Assembly: GCF_006345805.1 (NCBI RefSeq)
Contig: NC_043006.1
Coordinates: 1,054,001 to 1,118,000 of the forward strand
Length of the DNA: 64,000 bases
Source: Octopus sinensis
Lineage: Eukaryota
Direction: 5' to 3'
Positions 11,975-25,448 of this stretch are shown piece after piece (the stretch's first letter is position 1; each line of letters begins with the position of its first letter). The notes below the pieces were generated by a model. It worked only from the letters and a program-made list of their open reading frames with translations, did not search any database and was not told the DNA's origin. Made by a program: the position numbers and the translations under genes.

Positions 11975-13086
11975 CTATCTATCTATCTATCTATCTATCA
12001 ATCAATCAATCAGTCTGTCTGTCTGTCTGTCTATAGACTTTCTCCATGACAAAACAATGGAAAACGTATCTGAACGGGCAGATATATATGAGAGCTTCAG
12101 TCATGTTGGATCTTTCATTAGCTAATTACACATCCATGGACATTGCCTCTATCAATGTTTTGCAGTTACTCTCTTAATAGAACATGCTGAGCCTGACTGT
12201 TGATCTTCTAGGGTTTATCTGTTCAGCATCAATGTATGAAGCACCGTTGGCTCAGTTGAGCTCTTCTGCTACTGCTTCACAATCCGCTAGGCTGCAACTC
12301 CATGGCTTCGCCGTATCCCTGTCGGGGTGGTTCAAAGGGTGCTATAACTTAATGAAACGTTGAAGTGTTTGGTTTTCAATGATGTAGGTTGCGAATATGT
12401 TGTCAGAATTTTGGAAAAAATAACATTTAATGAAGATGTACAAACGTAAAATTTGTTGTTTTAAGGTTATTTTATGTTGAAATTTCATATTTTCCTTTTG
12501 AAAATTAATATTCATTTCATCAATGTTTACTGATGCAGGGACAAAAATACTCTTCCAATGTTACCTCTCATATGACGGGTAACACTCAAATTACAACATA
12601 ACGAATAAATTATTCAAAAATCGATTGTTTCATATTCTACTAATATGTCGAAACGGATGGGAAGTTAAACCGAAAACAAAATGATGGTATGTATTTAGTT
12701 TCTGGTTTCACATTGTTTACGTAAAATAATTTGTGTATATACGCTAATGGAAGAACATATACCTTTTAAAATTTTACTTGTTTCAATAAATTCTGTAATA
12801 GGAAAAATCACCAAACTGTGTCAGCGGTTACCATTCATCAATATATTAAAATTTTAGACAATTTTTTTTGTTTTACATAAAGTATAAATATATAACACAA
12901 AAGTATAAATATATAACACAAAAATATAAATATATAACAGCTGCTAGTGAACGGGAGAAAATCACTTTCAGCTATAAGCTTTAATCATATATAATGATTT
13001 CCCCTCATGTAATATGTTTCAAGTAATACAATTTTATTGTTTAATATACGATGAAATAATGATGGAAAATACTAAAATCTAATATC

Positions 13087-13499
13087 TCTTATTTGTTTCA
13101 GGCATTAGACAGCGACCATGCTGGGGCACCGCCTTGGATAATTTTTAGTCGAATGAATCGACCCCTGTACTTATTTTTTGTTAAGTATGGTACGTATTCA
13201 ATTGCCGAACCGCTAAGTTACGGAGTCGTAAATACGCCAACTCCGGTTGTCAAGCGGTGGTGGGGAACAAACACAGGCATAAGGACAAACACACACAAGC
13301 ACACACACATACACACAAACACACACACACGCACGCACATACGACAGGCTTCTTTCAGTTTCCGTCTACCAAATTCAGTCACAAAGCTTTGGTGGCCTTA
13401 GGGTATAGTAGAAGACACCTGCCGAAGATGCCATGCAGTGGGACTGAACCCCGAACCATATGGTTGGGAAGCAAGCTTCTTACCACGCAAAAACGCCTA
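13087..13499 (-). mobile_element. tRNA-derived SINE, group A (older copy)
   Basis: Reverse complement matches the group A head, internal microsatellite and the ggcggtgccccagcatgg tail. Confidence 0.88.
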
Positions 13500-14734
13500 T
13501 GCTTATGATTATAAATTTTATATGTATATATATACATTTATATAAATAAATTTATATAAAAAAGTATATTTATTTTGCTGCGAATTTAATAAATGTTTGT
13601 TATAGAGCTTTTGCTTGTCTAGATGTCTATGACTGGGCCACCTTTGGGATGTCTTCTGTTACAGAATTTGATTTTTTAAGCTTCTCCTCGTTATCAATAC
13701 ACAAATATTACTTCAAGTAACATAAAGCTAACCTCTTACTCCATCGAGCTATCATCATTTCATTCTTTCCCCATCTGCCCAAAATACCTTACACAACAAT
13801 CATATAAACCCCTTCTACCCCTACTAAATTTTATTCTGCTTCTCAATCACTTGTGAACCACAATTTATTCATAAAGAACACTTTATGCATGAATAAAACT
13901 TATAAGGTAATATATGTACATATAAGGCAAGAGAAACTCGTATCTTTATACACAAATGTTTTGTATGTGAGAATATATCAAGTATGCATGCATGATATAT
14001 TAATGTGACCTGTTTGTTATCAGGAAATTGTGTGGAGATAGTCTGAAGGATCTGTGAATCATTTTATACGGTTTGAGCACAATAGCAAGAGTTGGCCAAG
14101 AAAAATTGCACGAGTCTATTTGAAAATATTCCGATTCGGATTTCTTATGATGTCGACGAAGTGTGTTTGGTGCTGGGGGGGGGGGTAACTGTATTTCTAT
14201 ATCAAAGAAGTACATTTTGTTACATGTCCCTATATATATCTTATTCTGGAACAAGTCTATGTATATATTCTTACGTAAAATTAATTTATTATTGAAATAT
14301 GCATGCTTAGAGTTTTCTATTATTTGCAGAATCGTTAGTGGGGCGAACAAAGGGCCTTGCAGTATATGTTCCGGTTTTTTCATGTTTTGAGGTGGACTTA
14401 GCCATTTACTGTTCTAGGGTTGATAGAATAAAGTGTCAGCCAAGCGATGAGGATCAGCATAACTATTCCCTCCTTTCAAACTTGGTACCTTCCAAAATGC
14501 GCATTCAAAACATGTTTATTCTTCATCAAGTTATCTCAGGCCACAAGAGTGAGATGCTGTATTGTAGTTCGAATATATCTTAAGAAAATGAGTGCTTTTT
14601 AGAAGTCTTTCTGCCCCTTTCTGTTACTATCAGTGCCGATTAGAGACGACAGTGTAAGCCATCGTATTTACCAGTGAGCCCGCCAGCCTCTATAGAAAAT
14701 ACATATAACACATTGCAAGAAGCATACTTCTCTT

Positions 14735-15184
14735 TATGTATGTATGTATGTGTGTATGTATGTATGTATGTATGTATGTATGTATGTATGTATGTATGTA
14801 TGTGTGTGTGTATGTATGTATGTATGTATGTATGTATGTGTGTGTATGTATGTATGTATGTATGTATGTATGTATGTATGTGTGTGTGTATGTATGTATG
14901 TATGTATGTATGTATGTATGTATGCACGTATGTATGTATGTATGTATGTATGTACGTACGTACGTACGTATGTATGTATGTATGTACGTATGTATGTATG
15001 TATGTATGTATGCACGTATGTATGTATGTACGTACGTACGTACGTACGTATGTATGTATGTATGTATGTACGTATGTATGTACGTATGTATGCACGTATG
15101 TATGTATGTATGTATGTATGTATGTATGTATGTATGTATGTATGTATGTATGTATGTACGTACGTACGTATGTATGTATGTATG

Positions 15185-15215
<31 letters not shown>

Positions 15216-15545
15216 GTGTATGTATGTATGTATGTATGTAGTATGTATGTATGTATGCACGTATGTATGTATGTATGTATGTACGTACGTACGTACGTAT
15301 GTATGTATGTATGTACGTATGTATGTATGTATGTATGTATGCACGTATGTATGTATGTACGTACGTACGTACGTACGTATGTATGTATGTATGTATGTAC
15401 GTATGTATGTACGTATGTATGCACGTATGTATGTATGTATGTATGTATGTATGTATGTATGTATGTATGTATGTACGTACGTATGTATGTATGTATGTAT
15501 GTATGTATGTATGTATGTGTATGTATGTATGTATGTATGTATGTG
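14735..15545. repeat. (TATG)n tetranucleotide array with TACG/CACG variants
   Basis: Directly visible, about 810 bp; generates all the MYVC/HTYI ORFs. Confidence 0.97.
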
Positions 15546-16361
15546 TAAGAGTGAGTTGTTTAAATGCATATCAATGAAATCAGCCTCTCATGTTCAATAG
15601 GTTTCGGAATATTTGATGATAATATTCTCATATTTTTAAGCATATTCCCAGGGTCCCGACTTGGTTATCCACACGATTGGTCATGAACACATTTTGATGT
15701 CTTAGTCTTAAACTTTCAGTTATCTCGACTCTTGCAGTGTCTTATCTCACATTCATAGTTGAAGACAACTAGAAACTTTGTCGATTCTTATGATTACGAA
15801 CCAAGACTTGAACACACCTGCCTGCGCACTGTTTTGTGTCCTAATTAGGTTATTGGTTACATCACAAGAAATATTCTATAAGACATGACCAACATCCAAC
15901 AGGAAATACTCCAGCTGTTCATACCCTTTAGATAAAAGGCTGTTAGTATAGTTTCTTGTTGTATATGCATGGCTCTTAACAAAATAAATACTTTGCTGAT
16001 GAATGTGAAGTTTTCGTGATACGAGGTCAGTTTCTTTATATTAACCTTAAAGAAATAAAAGGCAAAGTCATCATGAGTAAAACTGAAGCCAGTAACAGTT
16101 AATGAGCCAAATACTTTAGAGCAGAGGTTCTTAATCAAGGTGGTGGTACACTTCTGAAAGGGTGGATGTGTATTGTGAGCACAGAAGGTAGGTTGGAAAT
16201 AGCATGGTGACACTATAAGATAAAATAATTGAATCTGGTTGAACTACTATGTTAAAAAGAACGGAAAAATGTATTTGATGGTATTAATATACGAGCCAGA
16301 TATTGTTTAGTTAGTAAACAGAAGCAAGTGTGAAGATGCATCAAGGCCTAAGTTATTATTA

Positions 16362-16500
16362 TTGGGCAAGTGTCTTCTACTATAGCTTCGGGCCGACAAA
16401 GCCTTGTGAGTGGATTGGTAGATGGAAACTGAAAGAAGCCCGTCGTATATATGTATATATATATATATATTATATATAGATATATATATATATATAATAT

Positions 16501-16533
<33 letters not shown>

Positions 16534-16753
16534 ATATGTTTGTGTGTTCTGTGTTTGTCCCCCTAGCATTGCTTGACAACCGATGCTGGTGTGTTTATGT
16601 CCCCGTTACTTAGCGGTTCAGCAAAAGAGACCGATAGAATAAGTACTGGGCTTACAAAAGAATAAGTCCCGGGGTCGAGTTGCTCGATTAAAGGCGGTGC
16701 TCCAGCATGGCCGCAGTCAAATGACTGAAACAAATAAAAGAGTAAAAGAGTAA
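16362..16753 (+). mobile_element. 5'-truncated SINE, group A
   Basis: Begins at ttgggcaagtgtcttctac; remainder matches the group A body and tail. Confidence 0.9.
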
Positions 16754-16768
16754 CTATATCTCATTCCA

Positions 16769-17032
16769 ATGAAAATAAATAAATGCGCCCTTTTTAAAGC
16801 CCAGCCAGGTTCATGGACCCGGTTTCCTGGTTTCAATGGCGTATGTGTTCCCCAGCAGGACGGGACGCCAGTCCATCGCAGTGTTACTCACTTTTGCCAG
16901 CTGAGTGGACTGGAGCAACGTGAAATGAAGTGTTTTGCTCAAGAGCACAATACGTCGCCCGGTCCAGGAATCGAAACCACAATCTTATGATCATGATGCT
17001 GACACCCTAACTACTAAGCCATGCGTCTCTAC
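16769..17032 (-). mobile_element. tRNA-derived SINE, group D, with V-domain-like core
   Basis: Minus strand: tRNA-like head (catggcttagtagttagggtgtc...ggtttcgattcctgg), then ttgagcaaaacacttcatttcacgttgctccagtccactcagctg and ctgcgatggactggcgtcccgtcc, resembling the V-SINE central domain. Confidence 0.8.
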
Positions 17033-18215
17033 TTTCTCATGCCAAGCTTTTCCTATTCCACTGTATTTCGCATATTATTCTACTCTGTTCTTTCACATGA
17101 TTTTCCTACTGATTGGAACAAATGTCACATCGTGTTATTTTTGCATAAATCGTATATTTGGAAGTCATGGATTTAATTGCTCTTTGCTGTTTTTGTTGTT
17201 GTTATCGTTGTTTTATAATTGCATTTTTAGTACAGGATCATATAAAGAAGTAATATAACGTTTTATAGTTTTCTCTAATTTTTTATCTTTAATATGTCTA
17301 ATTATCATAAAAGTATTTCTGTCAATATTTCCATTAGTGATTAACACACTTGAACAAACACATCGATGTAATTGCTAATAAATATTTTTATTTTTTAATT
17401 TTTCATGGACCTGCTTTAAGCTGATTCGAGACAGTAAGTGTGCGACTGAAATTTCATTTTATCTCGAACGTAAATAATTCGGATATTAGCTTTAAGGCGT
17501 GCGCAGCACATGAATTTAGCTCATGTTATATGCAGCAGGGGGCTTCATATAATGATCATCCTAATGGCAATTGCTTAAAGGACAAACGAATAATTTTATT
17601 TCATACGAGGCACCATGAGCGACTCAACGTGAAATCACCATCCTCATTTCTATTTCAAACCAAAGGGAGGAATAACAATTGCAAGCTAGTGCTTCACTCG
17701 TTAATTTACTAGTATTCCCACTGCTGACATGAAGCTCGATCTTACTGTATTAAAATAAATAAATAAAAAGAAAAAAACGCGCTGTTTTAACTACAGTAGT
17801 GATGACAAGATACTAGACTGCGATAGACGGTGATAGTCCGGCAACGTCTTAATATAATCAGATAAAACTTTCAGTCAGTTATCATACATTAAGTAGCAAC
17901 GTCTCGTACATTAATAAATAGATTGTGATGCATTTGTCAGTAGAATATAGTAATTGTATTTCAGTGTTATTTTCCTAACGGCTTTTCATAGTACAGACTC
18001 CTGTTTTCATTTATTTAATGTTACAGAAAGAGAACTTGAAACTTGGACCAATGACTTTTTGTTATTCAGTAATAGTTCAGAGTTGTATAAACTCAAAATT
18101 TACTAAGCAGAGGTTTTACATTTAATTTAAAGCTCTCGTGATTTCGAATTCCTAATTCGCATTCGATCCTTTTATGATTGATAAACTATCTATCTATAGT
18201 ATGTTGGTGGTATTA

Positions 18216-18517
18216 GTGGAGGTACATGGCCTAGTGGTTAGAGCAGCGGACTCGCGGTCAAGGGATCCCGGGTTCCAATCTCAGACCGGGCGATGTGTGT
18301 GTGTTTATGAGCCAAACACCAAAGTTCCACGCGGCTCCGGCAGAAGGTAATGGCAAACTTCTGCTGACTCTTCCGTCACAACTTTCTCTCACTCTTTCCT
18401 CCTGCATCTTGCAGCTCACCTGCGACGGACCGGCGTTCCGTCCAGGTGGGGAACCTATACGCCAAGGAAACCGGGAAACCGGCCCTTATGAGCCAGGCAT
18501 GGCTTGAGAAGGAACAA
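18216..18517 (+). mobile_element. tRNA-derived SINE, group C (tail type 1)
   Basis: Matches the reverse complements of 5319-5595 and 38597-38903 from head to gagaaggaac tail. Confidence 0.9.
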
Positions 18518-19114
18518 TCAGGGTGTTATTAGAGGAAGAAGGGACAGTGTCTATGAACTTCGTAGGCATTCTTCCATTGGTGAGGTCGATGAGTCAGTAT
18601 TGAACTTGATCTGTGATGGATTGATGAATATAGGTACGAAATGTATAAAGAGGGCAGTCCAGAGAGTTATAAAGCTGAAGAGGAAGGATTGGGAAAGTGA
18701 CATGTATGTTGACTACGTCATGGCGGCTATAGAATACATTTTGCTTATTTAGCGAATCAGAGACTGTTGTATTAGCTGTAGAAAAGACAAATAGGAACAT
18801 TATACATTTTGCTGTGTCTCGGGAGGGTCATTATGCAATGATAACACGCGTTGGTTCTGTTCAGTCCGTTTATCGTTATTATTAATCAAGTAAGCCAGTT
18901 GACGAATTCCCTAATTGACTGACTGGTTAGTCAATCATCTAACGTCGTAAAGTCCTTTTATTGACATTCGCGAGCCTATCAATGATATTCCCGAAATGTA
19001 ACGGCTGCCTTTTTTTTTCCCCCCTATAATGTTTACTTGCTGGGTCTGGACGAAATATCAATATCTGTTCTCCCATAGTTTAACTTTACTCATTCAACGA
19101 AAACGACGTTAATT

Positions 19115-19221
<107 letters not shown>

Positions 19222-19234
19222 ATATATATAATAT

Positions 19235-19390
19235 TTTATAATTATGAGTATAATTAAAATTAGGGTTCAGCAAAAATTTTCTTTACCACATACAGTTTAA
19301 GTTTACCGAAAAATGGTCCTTTTAACATGCCGAATACTACTAGGTGGAATTATTAATTACTAGTTAATTAATTAATTTTACCCTTTATTA
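19235..19390 (-). mobile_element. Internally deleted relative of the Penelope-like element at 33315-33655
   Basis: Reverse complement shares agggtaaaattaattaatta...aaaaggaccattt and the gtatgtgg.aaag...ccctaatt end, but lacks the central ribozyme-bearing part. Confidence 0.6.
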
Positions 19391-19414
19391 TTATTGATAA
19401 TATGTATATATATA

Positions 19415-19417
19415 GAG

Positions 19418-19497
<80 letters not shown>
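19415..19497. repeat. (GATA)n microsatellite
   Basis: Directly visible. Confidence 0.97.
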
Positions 19498-19498
<1 letters not shown>

Positions 19499-19613
19499 TT
19501 CATTGATGAAAATGTTTTATAATTGAGAATGTGCATGTGTGCGTGCACGCGCGAGTGTGAATGAAATTTCATTTATTTCGAACGTACGTAATCTTGAGAT
19601 ATTTGTTTCAATT

Positions 19614-19810
19614 CGTATGTATCACATACGCATTTTTTCTCTCCTTGTTTCTCTCCGTGTTTCTTTTCTGTGTATCTTTCTGTTGAAGAGCGTAGGCTCG
19701 AAACATAAAAGACTTGTTTTATTTATATTCCTGAGCGCCATACTAATACAATTGTTTGTTTGTACTCCACCTGCCTTCGTCTTTTGTTTATTTTCATAAA
19801 GCTTCCCGTT
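19614..19810 (+). mobile_element. Penelope-like terminal fragment with minimal hammerhead motif
   Basis: Near-identical to the 3' part of 3362-3572 and ends at the same aagcttcccgt|tata junction. Confidence 0.65.
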
Positions 19811-20229
19811 ATATACATATATACATACATACATACATACATACACACACATGCCCATATATAGACATATATATATATATGCATGTATATAGTGTATATA
19901 TACATATTATGCACAAATACACACACACATATATGTCAATAGTACTCTATTAGCTACACACACACACATACACTTTATATTAGACATTGATTAAAGGAAA
20001 GGAGACATAGAAAAATATCTTCTCCTACTGAAAGTGTAATTACCATGGAATTTCGTGGCGGATTAAAGTGGCATTTTAGATTTATATCGCGATCATTTCA
20101 GAGAAAGAGGAATAAACGAATAGATTTAATGAAAAATAAAAGGTGGGCTTGATTACTCAACAAACGTTTCAACAGAAATTAGCCGAGAAATATTCAAAGG
20201 TGTCATGAATAAATAAATAAATAATCCTG

Positions 20230-20800
20230 GGGAATTAGAAACTGCAACGGTGATGAGAGGAGAAGCATCAAGTCGCTCAGGAATGGTTGAGTGTAGATAG
20301 AATGAGCAGAGAGGCGGCGAGTTGGCAGGAGCGTTAGCACACCGGGCGAAATGCTTAGCCGTATTTCGTCTGTCGTTACGTTGTGAGTTCAAATTCTGCC
20401 GTGGTCGACTTTGCCTTTCATCCTTTCGGGGTCGATAAATTAAGTACCAGTTACGCACTGGGATCGATGTAATCGACTTAATCTGTGTCTGTCCTTGTTT
20501 GTCCCCTCTCTATGTAGCTCCTTGTGGGTAGTAAAGAACTAATAATGAGTAGAGAGAGCTTTTATGAAGAGCAGAGGCCATTGTAGTACGGTAGAAATGT
20601 TAGAAAGATGTGATAGGACACCTTTGGGTCACAGAGGCTGGAGCGTGTCTGTGAGTGAGTTCAGGCCAGTAGGCCCCTTTTCTTAATGTTATCCAGGATA
20701 TCTGTGTTTGCTGTAGGAGCGTCGTTCATGATGTGAGAGAAATATTTTTGTAGACGTCTACCGAATTCAGCGTTATTGTTGATCGGTTAGAGCTTTACGA
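20230..20800 (-). mobile_element. Decayed L2/CR1-group LINE 3' fragment, interrupted by a SINE
   Basis: Minus strand ctccagcctct...tttctaccgtactacaatggcctctgctcttca reads LQPL...F(Y)RYYNGLCSS across a frameshift, resembling the SLFYRYY.G.CS motif downstream of RT in this group. Confidence 0.45.
20313..20540 (+). mobile_element. tRNA-derived SINE, group B (full length)
   Basis: ggcggcgagttggcagga head, gagttcaaattc B-box, ttcatcctttcggggtcgataaattaagtacc core; near-TSD aatgag(c/t)agagag at 20301-20313 and 20544-20556. Confidence 0.9.
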
Positions 20801-21193
20801 CGTTTCTTTAATACGGTCAAGAAAGCTTGCAGTGTAGCAAAATGTTTGTTTCAGATGTGTAAGCAGTACTAAATGTATATTTTACTTGAAGCTTGAAGTT
20901 TATATAGTATCACTAAGTAATAAATCTTAACGTATTATGCTTCTGAAAGGGAAGAAAATGCTTCAGAACGCAAAAAATTAGTCTCTGTGTCCCGAAGAGC
21001 TTAATTGTTCGATGAACACATAAAACACTTCAACAAGGTACCCGCTGGGGACAGATGACGTAATCGTGTAACTACATTCCTAAATCCCTGACAAGCAATA
21101 ATTATATGCATACACAAACATTATATGTGTCTGTGTGTGAGAGTTGGAGGGGGATTTATATATATATATACACACGTATATAATTGTTAAAGA

Positions 21194-21588
21194 GGAGTAG
21201 GAGTGGCTGTGTGGTAAGTAGCTTGCTTACCAACCATATGGTACCGGGTTCAGTCCCACTGCGTGGCACCTTGGGCAAGTGTCTTCTACTATAGCCCCGG
21301 GCCGACCAAAGCCTTGTGAGTGGACTTGGTAGACGGAAACTGAAAGAAGCCTGTCGTATATATGTATATATATATGTGTATGTGTGTGTGTATATGTTTG
21401 ACGCCCCCAACATCGCTTAACAACCGATGCTGGTGTGTATACGTCTCCGTAACTTAGCGGTTCGGCAAAAGAGACCGATAGAATAAGTACTAGGCTTACA
21501 AAGAATAAGTCCTGGAGTCGATTTGCTCGACTAAAGGCGGTGCTCCAGCATGGCCACAGTCAGATGACTGAAACAAGTAAAAGAGTAA
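21194..21588 (+). mobile_element. tRNA-derived SINE, group A
   Basis: Complete group A head, body and tail. Confidence 0.92.
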
Positions 21589-23556
21589 ACGTTAAGGCAG
21601 GGAAGACATCCCAAGTCATAAACATTCTTATTATTGGAAAAATAAAAGATCCAAAGTCTTACAGCTGTTTCTGGGATATCCCAGAGTATGGGATATTCCG
21701 TCATCGGGTACAAATAGGGAAAAATGAGAAGGGTATAGATTAATGAAATGATGACATAGAGGACAGGGGTAAAGGAATAAGGAGATGAAGGAAGAGAAGA
21801 AGAAGAAAGATGCATAAAGTTTCACAGTTCAGCTCGCCGATATTGTTGAAATAAGTCCATAAATCCTGAGGTGCTTTGCTGCGTAAATCCAGGTCGGTTA
21901 AAGTCCTGATAGTTACCTAGCGTACCTAGTTGTTTAGATCACCTGTGGACTAAACCCTCATGTTTTGTATATACGTATATGTAAATGGACAAATACATGC
22001 ATAGCAAATATCATACAGTATGCATGCGTGGTTTATTAAAAATGGTCTTCAGCTCGGTGTGGGGGGGATGCAGTGTTATAATTTACAAAATGGCAATTAA
22101 GGTTATCGGTTCTACATGGGAAGAGGAGAAAATTCCAGGGATAAAGAATGTCTCCAGTGTTGACATGCCATTAGGGAAAAGAAATGATTTATTGTCTGGA
22201 GATCTAAAGGGCAGCCGTAAAAACGTGCCTCTGCCCCAGAAGGCGTCATCAGGACGACAATTATCCAAACTTATCTGCAGTAGCCAAGCGTCTTGGAGTT
22301 ATACATAAAACGAACACACACACAAACACATACTCATAATATATATGTTTGTGTGTGTGTGTATGTGTATAAAATAAAATTTTAAAATTCTATATGTGGC
22401 TGAAGATTGCTTTATATTTTAAAACTGATGTAATACTTACATTGTTTAATAAAATAAAGTAGCAGGAAACGATTGTACTACACAACCTTGGATATCCTCG
22501 TTACTTATTTTGAGTATATATATATATATATATACATAAAAGCAAATAAATGGTTACAACAACGAAGTACCGATATTTACTGGAAAGCAATACTTTCGTA
22601 TTGCATTACTATTTGTACATATATATATATATATATTATATTATATATTATATATATATATTATATATATAGTATATATATACACACATACATATATGCC
22701 ATCACTACACGACCTGTTAGCATTGCTCTAGCTTAATTTATCTTTTGCTTTTGTGTTTTCAATTAATCATACAATTAATACCAAAATCAATTAAAATTAT
22801 AGCTTAGTAGTTTCGCTCACGTAATATAGCGTTTCGCTTGTTCGTTATGCCTTCGCCTCACATAGCCTATTGCTCACAGCGTTATGACAACTCTATGGCT
22901 CTATTTAATACTTCTATTTAATACTTCTGTTGAATTACCAAGAATTAAAGTTAATACTGCCTATTGTAACTCGAAGGAAATTGCAGACCGTGTACATGAG
23001 GTCACAACGATATATGAAATTAAATAAAATATTTTCTATGTTTTATCAGTAACAATTACAAGTAAATAACAATGAGTAAATTAAGATTAGTAAAGTACAT
23101 ATTTTGAATATCCATTAACTAAAATTTAATGCCTTAAATGTAAAATTAATTATCCATTTCACTTGTATTTATTTGCATTCCAATTTTAAGAATTCCGTTT
23201 GTTTAAATTGCCAACTTGCGAGCAGGGCATACAGGTTCACATATCGTTCAGTGATGAAATAAATTATTAGAACCTGAGGCAAAATAATATTTAAATATAA
23301 TTTTCGTTTTAAATTAGTGCAAGAGCTTACGCACGTACAGATTACAGAAAATACACATGTAAAGATAAACGCTGATTGTCTACAAATTAAATTACACTAT
23401 CAGTAATGATTTTCTTCTTCTCTTGCTCTCTCTCTCCCTCACTCTTCTTTCTTCACCTTCTCTCTGTTTCTCATATCTCTGCCTCTGTTTCTCACCATCA
23501 CTTTCTCAATCTCTCATTTTCTTTTTCTTTAAAATATAGATGTAAAAACAGTTATA

Positions 23557-24422
23557 CGAGGTCTGATCAATAATTATCCGGTCTGTTGCCTTAGTAACGA
23601 AGCTAAAGCACGCAGAGCAAAGCCGCGTGGCACAGATTGACCTTGAACTCTGCTATATATGCACACAATCCGTTGTTTACAGCAGTGCTTGGAAGGAAGG
23701 TGTGTAGCGTGTGTTCGTCGCATTGGTCATGACAGAGGAAGTTGAGCGGAGAATCTGCATCAAATTTTGCCAAAAGCTTTGATATACCTGCTCAGAGGCC
23801 GACGCCAAGTTTTCAAAAAGTTGTCATCCTTCTCGATACAATCAAGTACATCTTGTGCAACTGGAACCCGAGTGTCTTTTTGAACAGCTGAAAGCAGTTT
23901 TGGCACAAACTTGGCAGACACGCGTCTCATACCCAAATCTTCAGTTATATGGAACTGAACTGAACCGTAACTAATTTGCACCTCATCTCATAACTCACAG
24001 ACGATGATTCGACGATTTCTCCTCGCAGCTGCAAGCACATCTGTGATGTTTTTCTCAATTCTGCTGGTTGTGGGTCTCCCAGAACGTTCGTCAATATCGA
24101 CATTTTTTCTGCCATCTTGAAAACGTCTGGACCACTCGTGCACTTGTGTGCGGCTTATACGCTCCTCTCCATATACTTTCTACAGCTTTGCGTTGACCTC
24201 TGAGCGCGTTTCGCAATGGCAACTTTCTCTGTCATGCAACGGCCACACGTTGCACACCTTCCTTCCAATCACTCCCGTAAACAGAGGAAATGAGCTAAAA
24301 TGTTAAAACTTAGTGCGCATGCACAGCAAAGGTTAAGGTCAGTCTGTGCCAAGCGGCTTTACTCTGCGTGCTATAGCTTCGTTACTATAGCAACAGTCCA
24401 GACGCTTATTGATCAGACCTCG
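23557..24422. mobile_element. Non-autonomous mariner derivative built from two inverted 5' ends
   Basis: TA dinucleotides at both ends; termini cgaggtctgatcaataa are exact inverted repeats, extending imperfectly about 250 bp. Transposase N-terminal remnants on both strands (MTEEVERRICIKFCQKL on plus; ...GMRRVSAKFVPKLLS...DDNFLK on minus). Confidence 0.9.
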
Positions 24423-24620
24423 TATATAAGAGAAAGACAAAGAAAAGCGAAGCGCGGACGGGATAAATGAAAGACATGTATGTACATGAGTTTATGTATT
24501 TATGTATGCATATATATCAACACATACTCATACAACGATGTAGTGATGTATATATGCACACACACAAATATACTATACATATTATATAATATATATATAT
24601 ATATATATATATTAATATAT

Positions 24621-24660
<40 letters not shown>

Positions 24661-24898
24661 AATTAATATATATTATAATACATATACATATATGTATATG
24701 AATAAAAATGGAGTTAACGCAGGTGAATCAAATATTTTTTCTTTCGACACATGTAACTATTTTTTTTTCCGTGTTATTGTTTAATACAAGGTAAAATCAT
24801 CATATTATATATATATATATATATATATATCTATATATTAATATATATATATATATTATATATATATATATATATATTTATACATATATATATATCTG

Positions 24899-24932
<34 letters not shown>

Positions 24933-25139
24933 GTGTGTGTTGCGCGTGCATATATATCTGTGCATATGTACATATGGTATATATTGTACATATATGTTAT
25001 AAATGTATACATGAATGTATATACAGCATACAGTGGATGACGGTAATATTTACATAGCCATAGACACATATACTATGTATAGATATGTGTGTTTGTGTAT
25101 GTGTGCGTATGTGTGTTTGTATGTGTGTTTGTATGTGTG

Positions 25140-25200
<61 letters not shown>

Positions 25201-25448
25201 ATGTGTATGATTGGATGCTAGCGTGCATTCAATGAGAAAGTGGAAATTAACAACTGAAAAGTTCACTGTTCTGAAATACTATTACTATGTGACCCCTCAT
25301 TACATAACCTAACCGAAATGATTCCTCAAACTTTCAAAACAGAAATGACATATGTAATTAGAAAGATGAAATTTTGAACCAATCAACATAGATTAAAATT
25401 ATAGTGCTGGCTCCTTTGCCGTCTCGTACTTGGGTATCGCTTGTCAGA

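Noticed and set aside
14640-15600. Long ORFs of 244-309 aa (MYVC/HTYI repeats)
   Set aside because: Translations of the (TATG)n array, which lacks stops in several frames; no coding signal.
18530-18800. Possible L2/CR1 3' remnant on minus
   Set aside because: Only vague similarity (SQSFL...TLWTAL); not enough to call.
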